NCBI RefSeq assembly: GCF_902713615.1
Contig: NW_024056013.1
Location: 1 to 64,000, forward strand
Direction: 5' to 3'
Source of the DNA: Scyliorhinus canicula
Taxonomy: Eukaryota
DNA: 64,000 bases
The notes beneath the pieces were generated by a model. It saw nothing but the letters and a program-made list of their open reading frames with translations, made no database searches and was not told the origin of the DNA. Shown here piece by piece: positions 63,516 through 64,000 of the stretch (position 1 is its first letter; each line of letters opens with the position of its first letter). A program made the position numbers and the translations under genes.

Positions 63516-64000
63516 AGACAAATGTGGGTTCATTAGAGGACGAGACAGGATTTATTTATAATGGGGAAGAGGGAAATGGCAGAGAAGCTAATTAATTACT
63601 TTGTGTCTGTCTCCACAGAGGAACGTAGAAAAACCTCCCAGAAATAAGAGAGAAACTACAGACTAATGGGAATGAGGAACTGAATGAGATGAGTGAAAAA
63701 GTAGCACTGGAGAAATTAATGGGATTGAAAGTTGATAAATACCTGGGACCCGATGATTTACATTGCAGAGTGTCAGAGGAGGTGGCTGTCGACACAGTGG
63801 ATACGCTGCTGGTCATCTTTCAACATTCTATAGACTCTGCAGATTGGAGGTTGAAAATGTAATCCCACTTTTTCAGAAACGGGGGAATAAATGCGGAACG
63901 ACAGACTTGTTATCCTGACATCAGTAATGGGAAAAATACTAGAATCTGTTACAAAGGATGTATTAACAGCAACATTTAGAAAATAATTAACTGATCTGGG
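63516..64000 (+). mobile_element. CR1 LINE ORF2 fragment running off the window
   Basis: Similar to reverse complement of 4160-4460 (aatggcagagaagcta, cctgggacccgatg). Confidence 0.8.

Overview
Vertebrate, repeat-rich DNA, most likely from a shark or other cartilaginous fish. This assignment is inferred from HE1/V-domain SINEs, HER1/CR1 LINEs and [10 protein letters not shown]-type zinc-finger genes. The window is a tandem cluster of C2H2 zinc-finger (ZNF) genes with one coding exon each: seven ORFs of 5-16 fingers plus three relics, on both strands, around CpG-island promoters. It was shaped by a ~8 kb direct duplication (about 2.2-10.5 kb vs 16.4-26.7 kb) and a ~3 kb inverted duplication (about 12.2-15.4 kb vs 27.1-30.6 kb). 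Mobile elements include CR1, L1, L2, Penelope-like elements (PLEs), several SINE families and a 1.5 kb solo LTR. Most notable: (1) eight paralogs carry decayed zinc fingers as a 5' leader with the same TGA, 36 nt before a start codon born in a TGEKP linker, implying effector-less ZNFs; (2) minimal hammerhead ribozyme motifs occur in PLE termini and in short TSD-flanked derivatives; (3) a pseudo-palindromic bidirectional promoter module; (4) a 21-bp minisatellite expanded inside a Deu-type SINE; (5) decayed tRNA-Val and tRNA-Thr genes among the ZNFs. Repeat boundaries were read by eye and are approximate unless a TSD is quoted.
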